A stretch of DNA of 64,000 bases from an uncultured Cytophagales bacterium (GCA_945957555.1 CAMFLX010000007.1:20784-84783); one strand, 5' to 3'. Shown: positions 47,765 to 56,503, numbered from the stretch's first letter. The notes: generated from the sequence alone by a model not told the origin. Numbers and translations are program-made.

Positions 47765-47780
47765 TGGCATTAAGGTTGAC
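47765..47780 (+). promoter_or_regulatory. Weak sigma-54 (-24/-12)-like candidate promoter for the REC-wza operon
   Basis: TGGCAT-TAAGG-TTGAC lies about 27 nt upstream of the ATG. The -24 element is good, but the -12 element reads GA instead of GC. Confidence 0.2.
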
Positions 47781-47806
47781 ATAATTCATTTATTAAAATT
47801 CATTAT

Positions 47807-48295
47807 ATGACAAAAGATTTAAAATCCAGTAAGATATTTGTGGTGGAAGATGATCCATTTTATCTTGAATTGATTACTCATTTATTAACCACCGAAGGAT
47901 ATCATGAGGTAGAGACTTTTTCCAAGAGTGATGATTGCATCAATAATTTATACAAAATGCCCGATCTGTGTATTTTGGACTATAATCTAGAAGAAGGTAC
48001 TGGTATGGATGTGCTACGCCACATTAAAAGTATTAACCCTGACATTCAAGTTATCTTTCTATCAGGCCAAGAAGCTATGGATGTAGCATTAAAAACCCTT
48101 AAATATGGAGCGTTTGATTATATTATTAAAAATGAAAACGCAATGGAGCGTCTAACTTTGGTTATTAATAATATCGTAAAACTTAGAGAGTTGTCTGAGC
48201 GTAAACAGGAGGAGAAACATATATTAAACGCTGGACTTACCTTGGCTATATCAATACTGTTGGTAGTCGTAATGGCGATACTATTTAGTCACTAA
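47807..48295 (+). CDS. Single-domain response regulator (REC) with C-terminal transmembrane anchor
   Basis: The REC domain (KIFVVEDDPFY..ILDYNLEEGTGMDVLRHIKS..VIFLSGQE..GAFDYIIK) is followed by a charged linker and the helix LTLAISILLVVVMAILF. Confidence 0.8.
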   Translation: MTKDLKSSKIFVVEDDPFYLELITHLLTTEGYHEVETFSKSDDCINNLYKMPDLCILDYNLEEGTGMDVLRHIKSINPDIQVIFLSGQEAMDVALKTLKYGAFDYIIKNENAMERLTLVINNIVKLRELSERKQEEKHILNAGLTLAISILLVVVMAILFSH

Positions 48296-48301
48296 TGAGA
48301 A

Positions 48302-49063
48302 ATGAAATTTCGTAACACATTTTTTTTTATATTTTCTATAGCCTCATTATTAATATTTGCTGGATGTAAATCTCGCAATCTTTTAGGCCGTAATACAAAT
48401 CATGCTGATATTAACGAATTACTTGCAGAAGTTGATTCAGGTAAATATGAATACATCATAAAGACTGACGATAAAATTAGTGTAAGTATTTGGAATAACG
48501 AAGAAATTAGTGTTGGTTCTATTTTTGGTATATATAACTCCAACGAGGTATATGGTAAGTGGGTTTTAGTAGATGCATTGGGTGATGTGGCGCTGCCCAA
48601 GATTGGTAAGGTAAAGTTGTCAGGTCTTAGCTGCAAGGCTGCATCAGATACGCTTGTTCGTATTTATAGTAGATTTATCGTAAGTCCCATTGTAGTCGTT
48701 AGGGTATTAAATATGGAAGTTACAGCGTTGGGGGAAGTACGCAATGCAGGTAATTACATGATCGACAAAGATCATAATACTATTTTGGAAGTCATCGGAA
48801 AAGCTGGAGGTTTTGACTTTTATGCCGATATGAAGCATGTAAAATTGATAAGAAAGGTTGGATTGGAAAACAAGGAATATGTTTTAGACTTTTCAAAACA
48901 GGAGGCGCTTCTTTATAACAGGATTCCACTTCATTCTGGAGATGTCATTTATGTTCCTACAAAGGCCGCAAAAACTTTAGAAAAAAGAACTCCAATTGTT
49001 TTACCCTTCGCTAGTGCGATCACAACTATTATAGTACTTTTTAAGTTTTTTGGAACTCAATAG
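48302..49063 (+). CDS. wza: Polysaccharide export outer-membrane lipoprotein (Wza-like: Poly_export + SLBB)
   Basis: It has a lipobox (LIFAGC). The motifs D.ISV.IW........G.......V...G...LP.IG.VK..GL and GEVRN.G.Y..... are present. It starts 6 nt after the REC gene. Confidence 0.75.
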   Translation: MKFRNTFFFIFSIASLLIFAGCKSRNLLGRNTNHADINELLAEVDSGKYEYIIKTDDKISVSIWNNEEISVGSIFGIYNSNEVYGKWVLVDALGDVALPKIGKVKLSGLSCKAASDTLVRIYSRFIVSPIVVVRVLNMEVTALGEVRNAGNYMIDKDHNTILEVIGKAGGFDFYADMKHVKLIRKVGLENKEYVLDFSKQEALLYNRIPLHSGDVIYVPTKAAKTLEKRTPIVLPFASAITTIIVLFKFFGTQ

Positions 49064-50372
49064 TTTTTAGCCCTAATTTTTTTTCTTGTACTATTTTCTC
49101 AATAGTACTAAGTCTGTGGTTGTATCTGATGACCATAGACAGTATCAGCATTTGATAAAACAAAATCGTATAATTCACCTCTCCCCAGATTCCAAATTCA
49201 GTAAATGAGTTAATGATGATAGGCATAAGCGCTGTGAAAATGAATTCTTGAAGTGATTTGTCTTCAATTCGTATGATGCTTCGCACCATAAAAGTCATCT
49301 GCATCAATACTATGAAAAAGCCAATAAGACCGAGATTCATCAGTACCTGGATAAAGGTGTTGTGTGTCATGGCTGCTGGATACGTATTAGCCCCTTGGAA
49401 AAAAGTAGTATAATTTATACGCATAAATCCAAAACCCAATAGAGGCTCTCTGGGTAAGCCCTCTGTTAGTAGGGCTTGCCAAAATGGCAAACGACCTGTC
49501 ATAGAAAGTACCTCTTCTGCACCTGATGCCCCAGCTGTTTTGGCGCCTTCTTTAAGGAATATGACATTGATAACAATGGGCATTACCAGTATTCCGGCTA
49601 TGACCACTGCCAATTTTAAAGTATAACTTTTTGATATAGCTACATAGTACATCGTGATTAGAAAAAAACCAATCATTGAAGAACGTGAACCCGTAATGAC
49701 TAGTGCATATAGTGCAATAAGCAACATTAGGATGTTCCAAAATTTACTGCCTTTATTTTTGAGCTCTGAATAACAGCAAGCAATGCACAAGCCACAAAGC
49801 ATTCCTAATTCGTTAGGATTCATCATTTGTCCACCCAGCCGACTAACTTCTCCTCCGTGGGTTTTTCTGATGAAAATATCTGGAGCGACCCAATTACCAA
49901 TGAGGAATATACTAAGGTTAAGTACGATAGCTGGTGCAAATATTGCGGCAATTCTAATCTTATGCTCAGGGTAATAGTTGTTGAGCATCGTAATTACATA
50001 TGTTAGAAATATTGAGAAGAAAAGCATTTCTATGTCTCTTGTTATCTGTAAAGCGGAGACGCCCATATCGGAACTCCATGTGAGTGAGGCCAATCCCATG
50101 GTTAAATAGGCACAGTAGAATAACAGTGCAAGCACGTGTTGGTATTTAAATGATGCAATAAATCCCTTGTTTTTAAGTTTAAAATAGATGTAAAGTATTG
50201 CAGATGTCATTACAATGCCTATCCCTGTTTTTAATACTTTAGCAAGTGCCGGGCTTTCTCCAATGGTAGAAAACCCAACCAGTCTTATGAAGAATATTAT
50301 GATCAGCCAAGGCATGATCTTTTTTGACATATTCAGTGCATTAAGTTTGTTACTAGCTAGCATATGCATCAA
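49041..50372 (-). CDS. O-antigen ligase/polymerase-family (Wzy-like) membrane protein
   Basis: 443 aa with about 10-12 hydrophobic helices and a larger loop containing ..GSRSS.IG.. typical of the Wzy_C family. The exact start is uncertain. Confidence 0.6.
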   Translation of the reverse strand: MMHMLASNKLNALNMSKKIMPWLIIIFFIRLVGFSTIGESPALAKVLKTGIGIVMTSAILYIYFKLKNKGFIASFKYQHVLALLFYCAYLTMGLASLTWSSDMGVSALQITRDIEMLFFSIFLTYVITMLNNYYPEHKIRIAAIFAPAIVLNLSIFLIGNWVAPDIFIRKTHGGEVSRLGGQMMNPNELGMLCGLCIACCYSELKNKGSKFWNILMLLIALYALVITGSRSSMIGFFLITMYYVAISKSYTLKLAVVIAGILVMPIVINVIFLKEGAKTAGASGAEEVLSMTGRLPFWQALLTEGLPREPLLGFGFMRINYTTFFQGANTYPAAMTHNTFIQVLMNLGLIGFFIVLMQMTFMVRSIIRIEDKSLQEFIFTALMPIIINSFTEFGIWGEVNYTILFYQMLILSMVIRYNHRLSTIEKIVQEKKLGLKTIEFQKT

Positions 50373-51471
50373 TAAGTTTCTGAGCTATATGTTTCCATTC
50401 AAAATGATTTAAAAACATTTGATACGCATTCTCTCCTAGTTCAATAAGCTTATGATTTTGGTTCCATTCTGCAATTTTTTGCATGGATTCTGCGATTTCG
50501 ACTGGCGTGTTATTGATAAGGCAGATTCCTGCATTGTGGGCATTTACATATTCAGCCATATTGGTGTACTGGCTCACAACCAATGGTTTTTTGAGAACGG
50601 CGGCTTCGAGTACAGCCATAGGCAAACCCTCATTTCTTGATGGATGATAGAAAGCGTCCATGTTGGCCATTATATTAAGTTTCTCGTTGCCAAACTTACT
50701 ACCCCATAGTCTTACAACTTTGTCGAGTTGAAAACTAATGATTATATCCTCTAGTTCAGTTTTGTATTCACCTTCGCCTACGAGCCAAAGTTCACCAGTT
50801 CCATGAAGCTCATGTTTGTAGATTCTAAAAGCTTCAATAAGGAGGTCAAGTCCTTTTTGGTGTTTCGTAATTCTTCCACAAAATCCGAAAATAGGTGTTT
50901 CTTTGCTTTGGATTGGATGAAAGTCGAAATTAAAATCTGATAAATCTTGTCCGTTTGGTATCAATTTTATTTTGTTGAAATGGCCCAAACGGGCCATATC
51001 GTCTATTTCACCTTTGCCAATACAGTGTATGAATAAGGCATTTTGAAGTATTTTCTTTTCGAAGAAATTAAAGTACAGTCTTTTAAAGGTCTGATTTTTT
51101 TTCATGGCACCGTTCATATAGTTCCCATGAGGTGTGATTACGTATTTTAGACCAAGGCTTGTAAGTTGTGTACTTAGTCCATAAAATTGAGGTATGAATC
51201 CTGCATGTAGGTGAAACACGGTATTTTTTTCTTGTTCCTGTAGTGCCTTTAAAAGCTCATCGTCAAGCAACCATTTGATTTGACGATCTTTGAAAAAGCG
51301 TGTCTTATAGATTCTAGCTGTGCTTTTGGTACTTGGTTTTGGAGTGATACCCCAAAGCTCAACTTTTGCTCCCAGAAGCGTTTGCTGGCTGGCAAGGCTA
51401 TGTGCCACCTTGTTTACACCATTCATCCTTTCCGGATTACCTTTGCCTAATAAGATATGAATGATTTTCAT
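50353..51471 (-). CDS. GT-B glycosyltransferase (family 4)
   Basis: 372 aa. PSRNEGLPMAVLEAAVLKKPLVVS is the E-x7-E region. Confidence 0.8.
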   Translation of the reverse strand: MKIIHILLGKGNPERMNGVNKVAHSLASQQTLLGAKVELWGITPKPSTKSTARIYKTRFFKDRQIKWLLDDELLKALQEQEKNTVFHLHAGFIPQFYGLSTQLTSLGLKYVITPHGNYMNGAMKKNQTFKRLYFNFFEKKILQNALFIHCIGKGEIDDMARLGHFNKIKLIPNGQDLSDFNFDFHPIQSKETPIFGFCGRITKHQKGLDLLIEAFRIYKHELHGTGELWLVGEGEYKTELEDIIISFQLDKVVRLWGSKFGNEKLNIMANMDAFYHPSRNEGLPMAVLEAAVLKKPLVVSQYTNMAEYVNAHNAGICLINNTPVEIAESMQKIAEWNQNHKLIELGENAYQMFLNHFEWKHIAQKLIDAYAS

Positions 51472-52733
51472 TGTACAATGTTGATTTGCTGTTTTTTAAA
51501 TAATGCTTTAATGTACCAAAGTTGCATTACGATCTGAGTAAAAGCCAATCCTGCGATTACACCCCAGATACCCCATGCCATGATCATTTGTTTGGCAAAT
51601 AGAATACTAAAAACAGTAGCAAAAATATACGCTACAAACATTGCTTTGGTATCTTGCATGGCTCTAAGGGCAAATCGAAGTGGAAATCCTGTGAAAACAA
51701 TAATATAAAATCCAGAAAAAGCAGTAATGATTAGACCATATTTTGCATAGCTATTTCCATAGATAACACTCAATAACTGTTCAGAAAACAGAAAGACCAT
51801 TCCAGTAAATAAACTGCAAATCAATAACCCAATCCAGATTACTTTGAAAATATATTTCAATAGTGCTGATTTTCCATGGGAGTTATAAATAAGCCCAGCT
51901 TTAGATGGTACATAATATTCAAGGGCGATAAAAAACACGTTGAGCACTCCAACAATACTTTGCGCTACCCTAACGATACCAGCGGCTTCTGTACCTATTA
52001 GGTCTCCAGATGAGATAATGAAAAAGTTTCCGGCAAACCATTGAGCAATTGCCGTGAGTAATAGCCATTTTGCTATTTTCCAATGATTTTTGAGGATATG
52101 GCTGAAATCTGAAAATACAAATTTGAATTTGAAAAAGTCCAGACCAGAAACCAGTACGCCTAAGGTATACGAAAGCGTGAATACTTTAAGAATAGTATCA
52201 ATACTAAGGTTTTTATTGTGGATATTTAAGATTAAAAAAGTGACTTGCGACCAATTGATTATAAAATCCAGAATAATAACTTTTGGCATGTTGTTGAGTA
52301 AGATGTAGATTCTTCTCATGAAATCATTCATCACATAGGAAATAATTAGGAAGGGGAGTATCTCTATCAAAGGTAAAAGAGTATCGAAGAAAGTAATCTT
52401 TTGTAGCAGAATAGTTAAGGCTATTGCTAAGACTGAAAGCATACATGCTGTATAGGTCTGTATTGAAAATAGTTTGCTGACATAGTTATGGGTATCTTCT
52501 TTAGGCAAGGTAATGAATTCATTAACCATGGGTTGGTTGATGAAAGCTTGTTGCAAACTGCTTGTGATCATGAGTATCATCCAGACAAAGGAGTAAATGC
52601 CAAGATCTCCTAGGCCAAGTATTTTTGAAATGAGTATTCCTGTTGCAAAATTGGAGCAACTTACAATGGCTTGATCAGTTACGATCAGCATTTTTATATG
52701 GTGTTGTCCCCAAATCGATTTAATGAACTGCAT
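51468..52733 (-). CDS. wzx: Polysaccharide flippase (Wzx / MOP-superfamily)
   Basis: 421 aa with about 12 TM helices. Its position in a Wzy-type locus fits, and it overlaps the downstream GT gene by 4 nt. Confidence 0.7.
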   Translation of the reverse strand: MQFIKSIWGQHHIKMLIVTDQAIVSCSNFATGILISKILGLGDLGIYSFVWMILMITSSLQQAFINQPMVNEFITLPKEDTHNYVSKLFSIQTYTACMLSVLAIALTILLQKITFFDTLLPLIEILPFLIISYVMNDFMRRIYILLNNMPKVIILDFIINWSQVTFLILNIHNKNLSIDTILKVFTLSYTLGVLVSGLDFFKFKFVFSDFSHILKNHWKIAKWLLLTAIAQWFAGNFFIISSGDLIGTEAAGIVRVAQSIVGVLNVFFIALEYYVPSKAGLIYNSHGKSALLKYIFKVIWIGLLICSLFTGMVFLFSEQLLSVIYGNSYAKYGLIITAFSGFYIIVFTGFPLRFALRAMQDTKAMFVAYIFATVFSILFAKQMIMAWGIWGVIAGLAFTQIVMQLWYIKALFKKQQINIVQ

Positions 52734-52734
52734 G

Positions 52735-55020
52735 TTAGTTCTTGATAAACTTGTTTTTTACAGTGCGTATCGTTTTGTTGAAAAACAAAGTCAAAACTTT
52801 TCTTATGCCTCTGTCTTTTTTCATTTTTGTGAAGCTTTGCACGTCATTGAGTACTAGATTTATGTTCTCAAATTCGTATTCAGCTTTTAGTAAATCTGGT
52901 TCAATAGCTAGATTAGTTTTTGTGAAATTTGACCTAAACACAAAAAGAGTATAATCAGCATTTTTTATAATTGGAATTGCGTCCAAAGCAGTGTCGAATG
53001 AAGGTGTGTCAAAAATGATTACCTTAAATTTCTCTTTTAGAGATTGTAATTTTTTCGGGAGGTCCTCATTGGCAAAAATCGCTTCAGGAATCATTCCTAC
53101 GTTGCCATTAGGCATAATGTGCAGTTTTGAGATATGCCCAGCCAAGATACAGTCATTGATGTTGGAATCTAGGGTTATAAATTCTTCAAAGCCCTTATCT
53201 TGCGTTCTGTTTTTATCTCGTAAGTCGGAATAGACTGCGAGTGTTTCTATGCCCATTAGAGCGAATGCCTTGCTCAGTTTTTCAACAATAAAAGTTTTAC
53301 CTTCACCATCTACTCCAGAGCAAATTGCGATGATCTTGGGTTTTTTAGATTTCAAGTTTAATTTGGATGCCAATGAGAAAAAATCAGATTTACTGGCCCC
53401 ATTTGAATATTCATGAATTATATCTCCTAATACGGGACAGTTAGAGGCCTTTTCCAGCTGATCTTTATATTTGATTCTGGAACTCACCGCATCATACACA
53501 TACACGATGATGATACCGAATAAAAATCCTAAAAAGCCAAATACAAGCATTGTGAAAGTCTTTTTTGGGGAAACAGGTTTCTCTGGAAGATCTGCTCTTT
53601 GTATAATTCTATGAAAGGATAGTGTTGCAGCCTCTGCTATAGCAGCCTCGGTTCTTTTTTCTGTCAAGAAATTATATATGGTTTGGTTGAGTTGGAAGTT
53701 GCGTTCAAGAATTACCAAATCTTTTTCTTTTGTGGGGATATCCACGAAAAATTTTTCAGACTCATGGATATCCTTAATGATTTTGTTTCTTTGTATTTCC
53801 ATGCTTTTGCGTGCATTGAATATGTTTTGAGTGACATATTGTACCACATCCGCTATTTTTTCGTCTAAAGCCTTGATCTGATCGCTCTCTGGTTTGTATT
53901 TCTGTAGCAGATCCTTCTTATCCGATTGAAGTCCCTTTAACCGTTTCATTAATTCTGTATAGAGCAATCCTCCATAACCTTCGTAATTGGGAGCTTTATT
54001 AAGGAAATCTTCAGGGTTGTGTATGTTTACGTAGGCATTAAGTGTGTCAAGAGTAGCAAGATTCATTTCTATGTTGCTCAATTGGATTTTCATTTCGGCC
54101 ACTTTTTTCAAACCGGTTTCCACTTCCATCCGGGTATTAGTAATTTTGTTGGAAAGTTTATATTTTTCGAGTGCCTGTTCTGATGCGTCTAGTTGTTCTG
54201 CTATTTTATTAGTTTGGCTATCTATGAAATGGACTGTTTTTTCAGCCACATTCTTTTTGGTTAGAATACCATCTTCTATATAGGCCTCCATAATAGCGTT
54301 GGTAATGATCATGGCCTTTTCTGGGATTGGATTTTTATAAATGATTCTAACTATTTGAACATCTTTGTCTAATTCTTTTACATCTAAGTCTTTGGACACT
54401 TGTGATACTAGTTGGTCAATAGAATATATGGTAAATGAGAATGGCCCTTCGGATAAGGATTGTGGTTTCTCTGCTAATATGGGTTTGTTTTGGGAAATGG
54501 TAAATTTTGAACCTTCCACTTCTATGGCTTTGTCAAAAGAACCTGTAATTTTTTTTGGCTGATCTTTGTAGGTATAAATAAGTTGATATATTCCATTAGT
54601 CTCAAAGTTTATATGGAATTCTTTTCCAAATAGATTGGTATTTAGCATGTTATACTGTACTAGGAAGGGCGTTTCTTTAAACAATTCGGTAGTTCTAATC
54701 TTTCCAATTCTATAATAGCTTACATCAATAGGGATTTTACTAACGGCATATTTTAGTAGTTCTGGAGATTTAATGACTTCGACTTCAGCGATAATTTTAT
54801 TAGGGTGGCTGAAAATGTCAAAATCTTTAAATAGGTTGGTGTTTGAAATGCCCATGTTTGCATCCTCTAGCTTCATTCTTCCAGTGCATTCGTACATAGG
54901 CGTAGCATAATACACTATTTTAGAGGCAATAAAGATACAAATTGCTACGAGACCCAATATAATAGGAGAGCCCTTTACTGCGGGCATGAATATTCTGACG
55001 ATTTGTTGTATGTTATTCAT
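52735..55020 (-). CDS. wzc: Wzc-like polysaccharide co-polymerase (Wzz domain, coiled coil) fused to a BY-kinase-type P-loop domain; no C-terminal Tyr cluster
   Basis: It has an N-terminal TM helix, a long periplasmic coiled-coil region and a second TM helix (FTMLVFGFLGFLFGIIIVYVY). Walker A is SGVDGEGKT, Walker A' is VIIFDTPS and Walker B is like DYTLFVF. The last 50 aa contain a single Tyr. Confidence 0.8.
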   Translation of the reverse strand: MNNIQQIVRIFMPAVKGSPIILGLVAICIFIASKIVYYATPMYECTGRMKLEDANMGISNTNLFKDFDIFSHPNKIIAEVEVIKSPELLKYAVSKIPIDVSYYRIGKIRTTELFKETPFLVQYNMLNTNLFGKEFHINFETNGIYQLIYTYKDQPKKITGSFDKAIEVEGSKFTISQNKPILAEKPQSLSEGPFSFTIYSIDQLVSQVSKDLDVKELDKDVQIVRIIYKNPIPEKAMIITNAIMEAYIEDGILTKKNVAEKTVHFIDSQTNKIAEQLDASEQALEKYKLSNKITNTRMEVETGLKKVAEMKIQLSNIEMNLATLDTLNAYVNIHNPEDFLNKAPNYEGYGGLLYTELMKRLKGLQSDKKDLLQKYKPESDQIKALDEKIADVVQYVTQNIFNARKSMEIQRNKIIKDIHESEKFFVDIPTKEKDLVILERNFQLNQTIYNFLTEKRTEAAIAEAATLSFHRIIQRADLPEKPVSPKKTFTMLVFGFLGFLFGIIIVYVYDAVSSRIKYKDQLEKASNCPVLGDIIHEYSNGASKSDFFSLASKLNLKSKKPKIIAICSGVDGEGKTFIVEKLSKAFALMGIETLAVYSDLRDKNRTQDKGFEEFITLDSNINDCILAGHISKLHIMPNGNVGMIPEAIFANEDLPKKLQSLKEKFKVIIFDTPSFDTALDAIPIIKNADYTLFVFRSNFTKTNLAIEPDLLKAEYEFENINLVLNDVQSFTKMKKDRGIRKVLTLFFNKTIRTVKNKFIKN

Positions 55021-55148
55021 CGATGTAAATGGGGTATAATAGAAGTAGTTTAAATAAGTACATTGACGAAAAAATTAACACCTGTAGATAGATTAATATA
55101 AAGTTTTTAACGAAATTGGACTCTAAGAGGTTACAATAATTAGAATGG

Positions 55149-55163
55149 TTCCCATCTTGGGAA
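55149..55163. promoter_or_regulatory. Palindrome TTCCCA-TCT-TGGGAA (copy 3 of the recurring motif)
   Basis: It lies in the divergent wzc / DUF1972-GT intergenic region. A TGGGA half-site follows about 20 bp downstream (TCTCTTAGTGGGAC). Confidence 0.35.
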
Positions 55164-55286
55164 AGGGGTCTCTTAGTGGGACTTGTCTTTTGGGGTGTAT
55201 TTTTTTTATGTTATTGTTTTCTAGTATGTTATGTTTTAGGCATACATTTTATATATTAAACGTGTAAACTAATTTATCGAGGTCAA

Positions 55287-56492
55287 ATGAAAAAAGTAGC
55301 TATCATTGGTACTGCTGGAGTACCTGCTCGTTACGGAGGGTTTGAAACCCTTGCCCACCACTTGGTTCTTCAGTGGAGAAGCCAGTTTAATGTTACTGTA
55401 TATTGTAGTAAGGATGTATACAAAAAAAAGGAAAGGCCCCAAACATGGAATGGTGCCAAACTGATTTATTTGCCATTTAGCGCCAACGGTTTGCAGAGTA
55501 TCATATATGATATTGTTTCTATCCTCCATGCGTTGTTTTATGCGGATACGCTTTTGATTCTTGGTGTTTCTGGATGTATTTTGGTTCCTGTTGTTAAAAT
55601 GTTTACTAAAAAAAACATTGTGGTGCATATTGATGGCTTGGAGTGGAGGCGTAACAAGTGGAATGGGCCAGCGAAGAAGTTTTTGCGCTGGTCTGAAATG
55701 TTGGCTGTAAAGTATTCAGATGCTGATGTGGCCGATAACGACGAAATCAAAAAATATACGGCAGAACATTATAATTCCTTGAGCTACCAGATAGAATATG
55801 GGGCAGACCATGTGATGAAGGTAAACGCAGAGGATTCAGATCTGTTGAAATATCCATTCTTAAAAGAAGAATATGCGTTTAATGTATGCAGAATAGAGCC
55901 TGAGAATAATGTTCATGTTGTTTTGGAGGCTTTTAGTCAATTACCCGATCAAGTTTTGGTAATGGTGGGTAATTGGAAAAATAGTGAGTATGGCAAGTCA
56001 TTAAAAGACAAATACAGCCAGTACCCCAATATTTATATTTTGGAGGCTATTTATAATCAAAGAGAGCTCGATGTGCTTCGCTCAAATTGTTTGATATATA
56101 TGCATGGGCATAGTGCTGGAGGTACAAATCCTTCTTTAGTTGAAGCTATGTATTTGGGCTTGCCCATTATTTCATTTGATGCTGCGTACAATAAAGCAAC
56201 AACAGAGAATAGTGCGTTGTATTTCCATGATGCTCAAGACATTATTTCATTAATGAATAATCGTGAAAATATAGATTTGGTATCTGTTGCTACACAAATG
56301 AGTCAGATCGCTAAGAGGAGATACAACTGGTCTAATATCGCTTCTAAATATGCTCAATTGATCTATGCCTTTGACTATAAGTACAGCAAGGCTAAGACCC
56401 GTACTGTTTTAGTTACACTTGCAGGGGAAGACCTTTATAGAGACGAGGTGAGCCATTTGTCAAATACAAAACCATTTTACGAAAATCTTTAA
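55287..56492 (+). CDS. Glycosyltransferase with N-terminal DUF1972 domain (WchF/GacB-like rhamnosyl/hexosyl-transferase type)
   Basis: KVAIIGTAGVPARYGGFETLAHHLV is the DUF1972 signature. A GT1-type C-terminal half follows (GHSAGGTNPSLVEAMYLGLPI). Confidence 0.75.
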   Translation: MKKVAIIGTAGVPARYGGFETLAHHLVLQWRSQFNVTVYCSKDVYKKKERPQTWNGAKLIYLPFSANGLQSIIYDIVSILHALFYADTLLILGVSGCILVPVVKMFTKKNIVVHIDGLEWRRNKWNGPAKKFLRWSEMLAVKYSDADVADNDEIKKYTAEHYNSLSYQIEYGADHVMKVNAEDSDLLKYPFLKEEYAFNVCRIEPENNVHVVLEAFSQLPDQVLVMVGNWKNSEYGKSLKDKYSQYPNIYILEAIYNQRELDVLRSNCLIYMHGHSAGGTNPSLVEAMYLGLPIISFDAAYNKATTENSALYFHDAQDIISLMNNRENIDLVSVATQMSQIAKRRYNWSNIASKYAQLIYAFDYKYSKAKTRTVLVTLAGEDLYRDEVSHLSNTKPFYENL

Positions 56493-56503
56493 AAAATATA
56501 TTT

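Noticed and set aside
55214-55230. Sigma-54-like element AGGCAT-N5-TTAT upstream of the DUF1972 glycosyltransferase gene
   Set aside because: The essential -12 GC dinucleotide is missing (AT instead). It also lies farther from the start codon than the two candidates at 47.5-47.8 kb.
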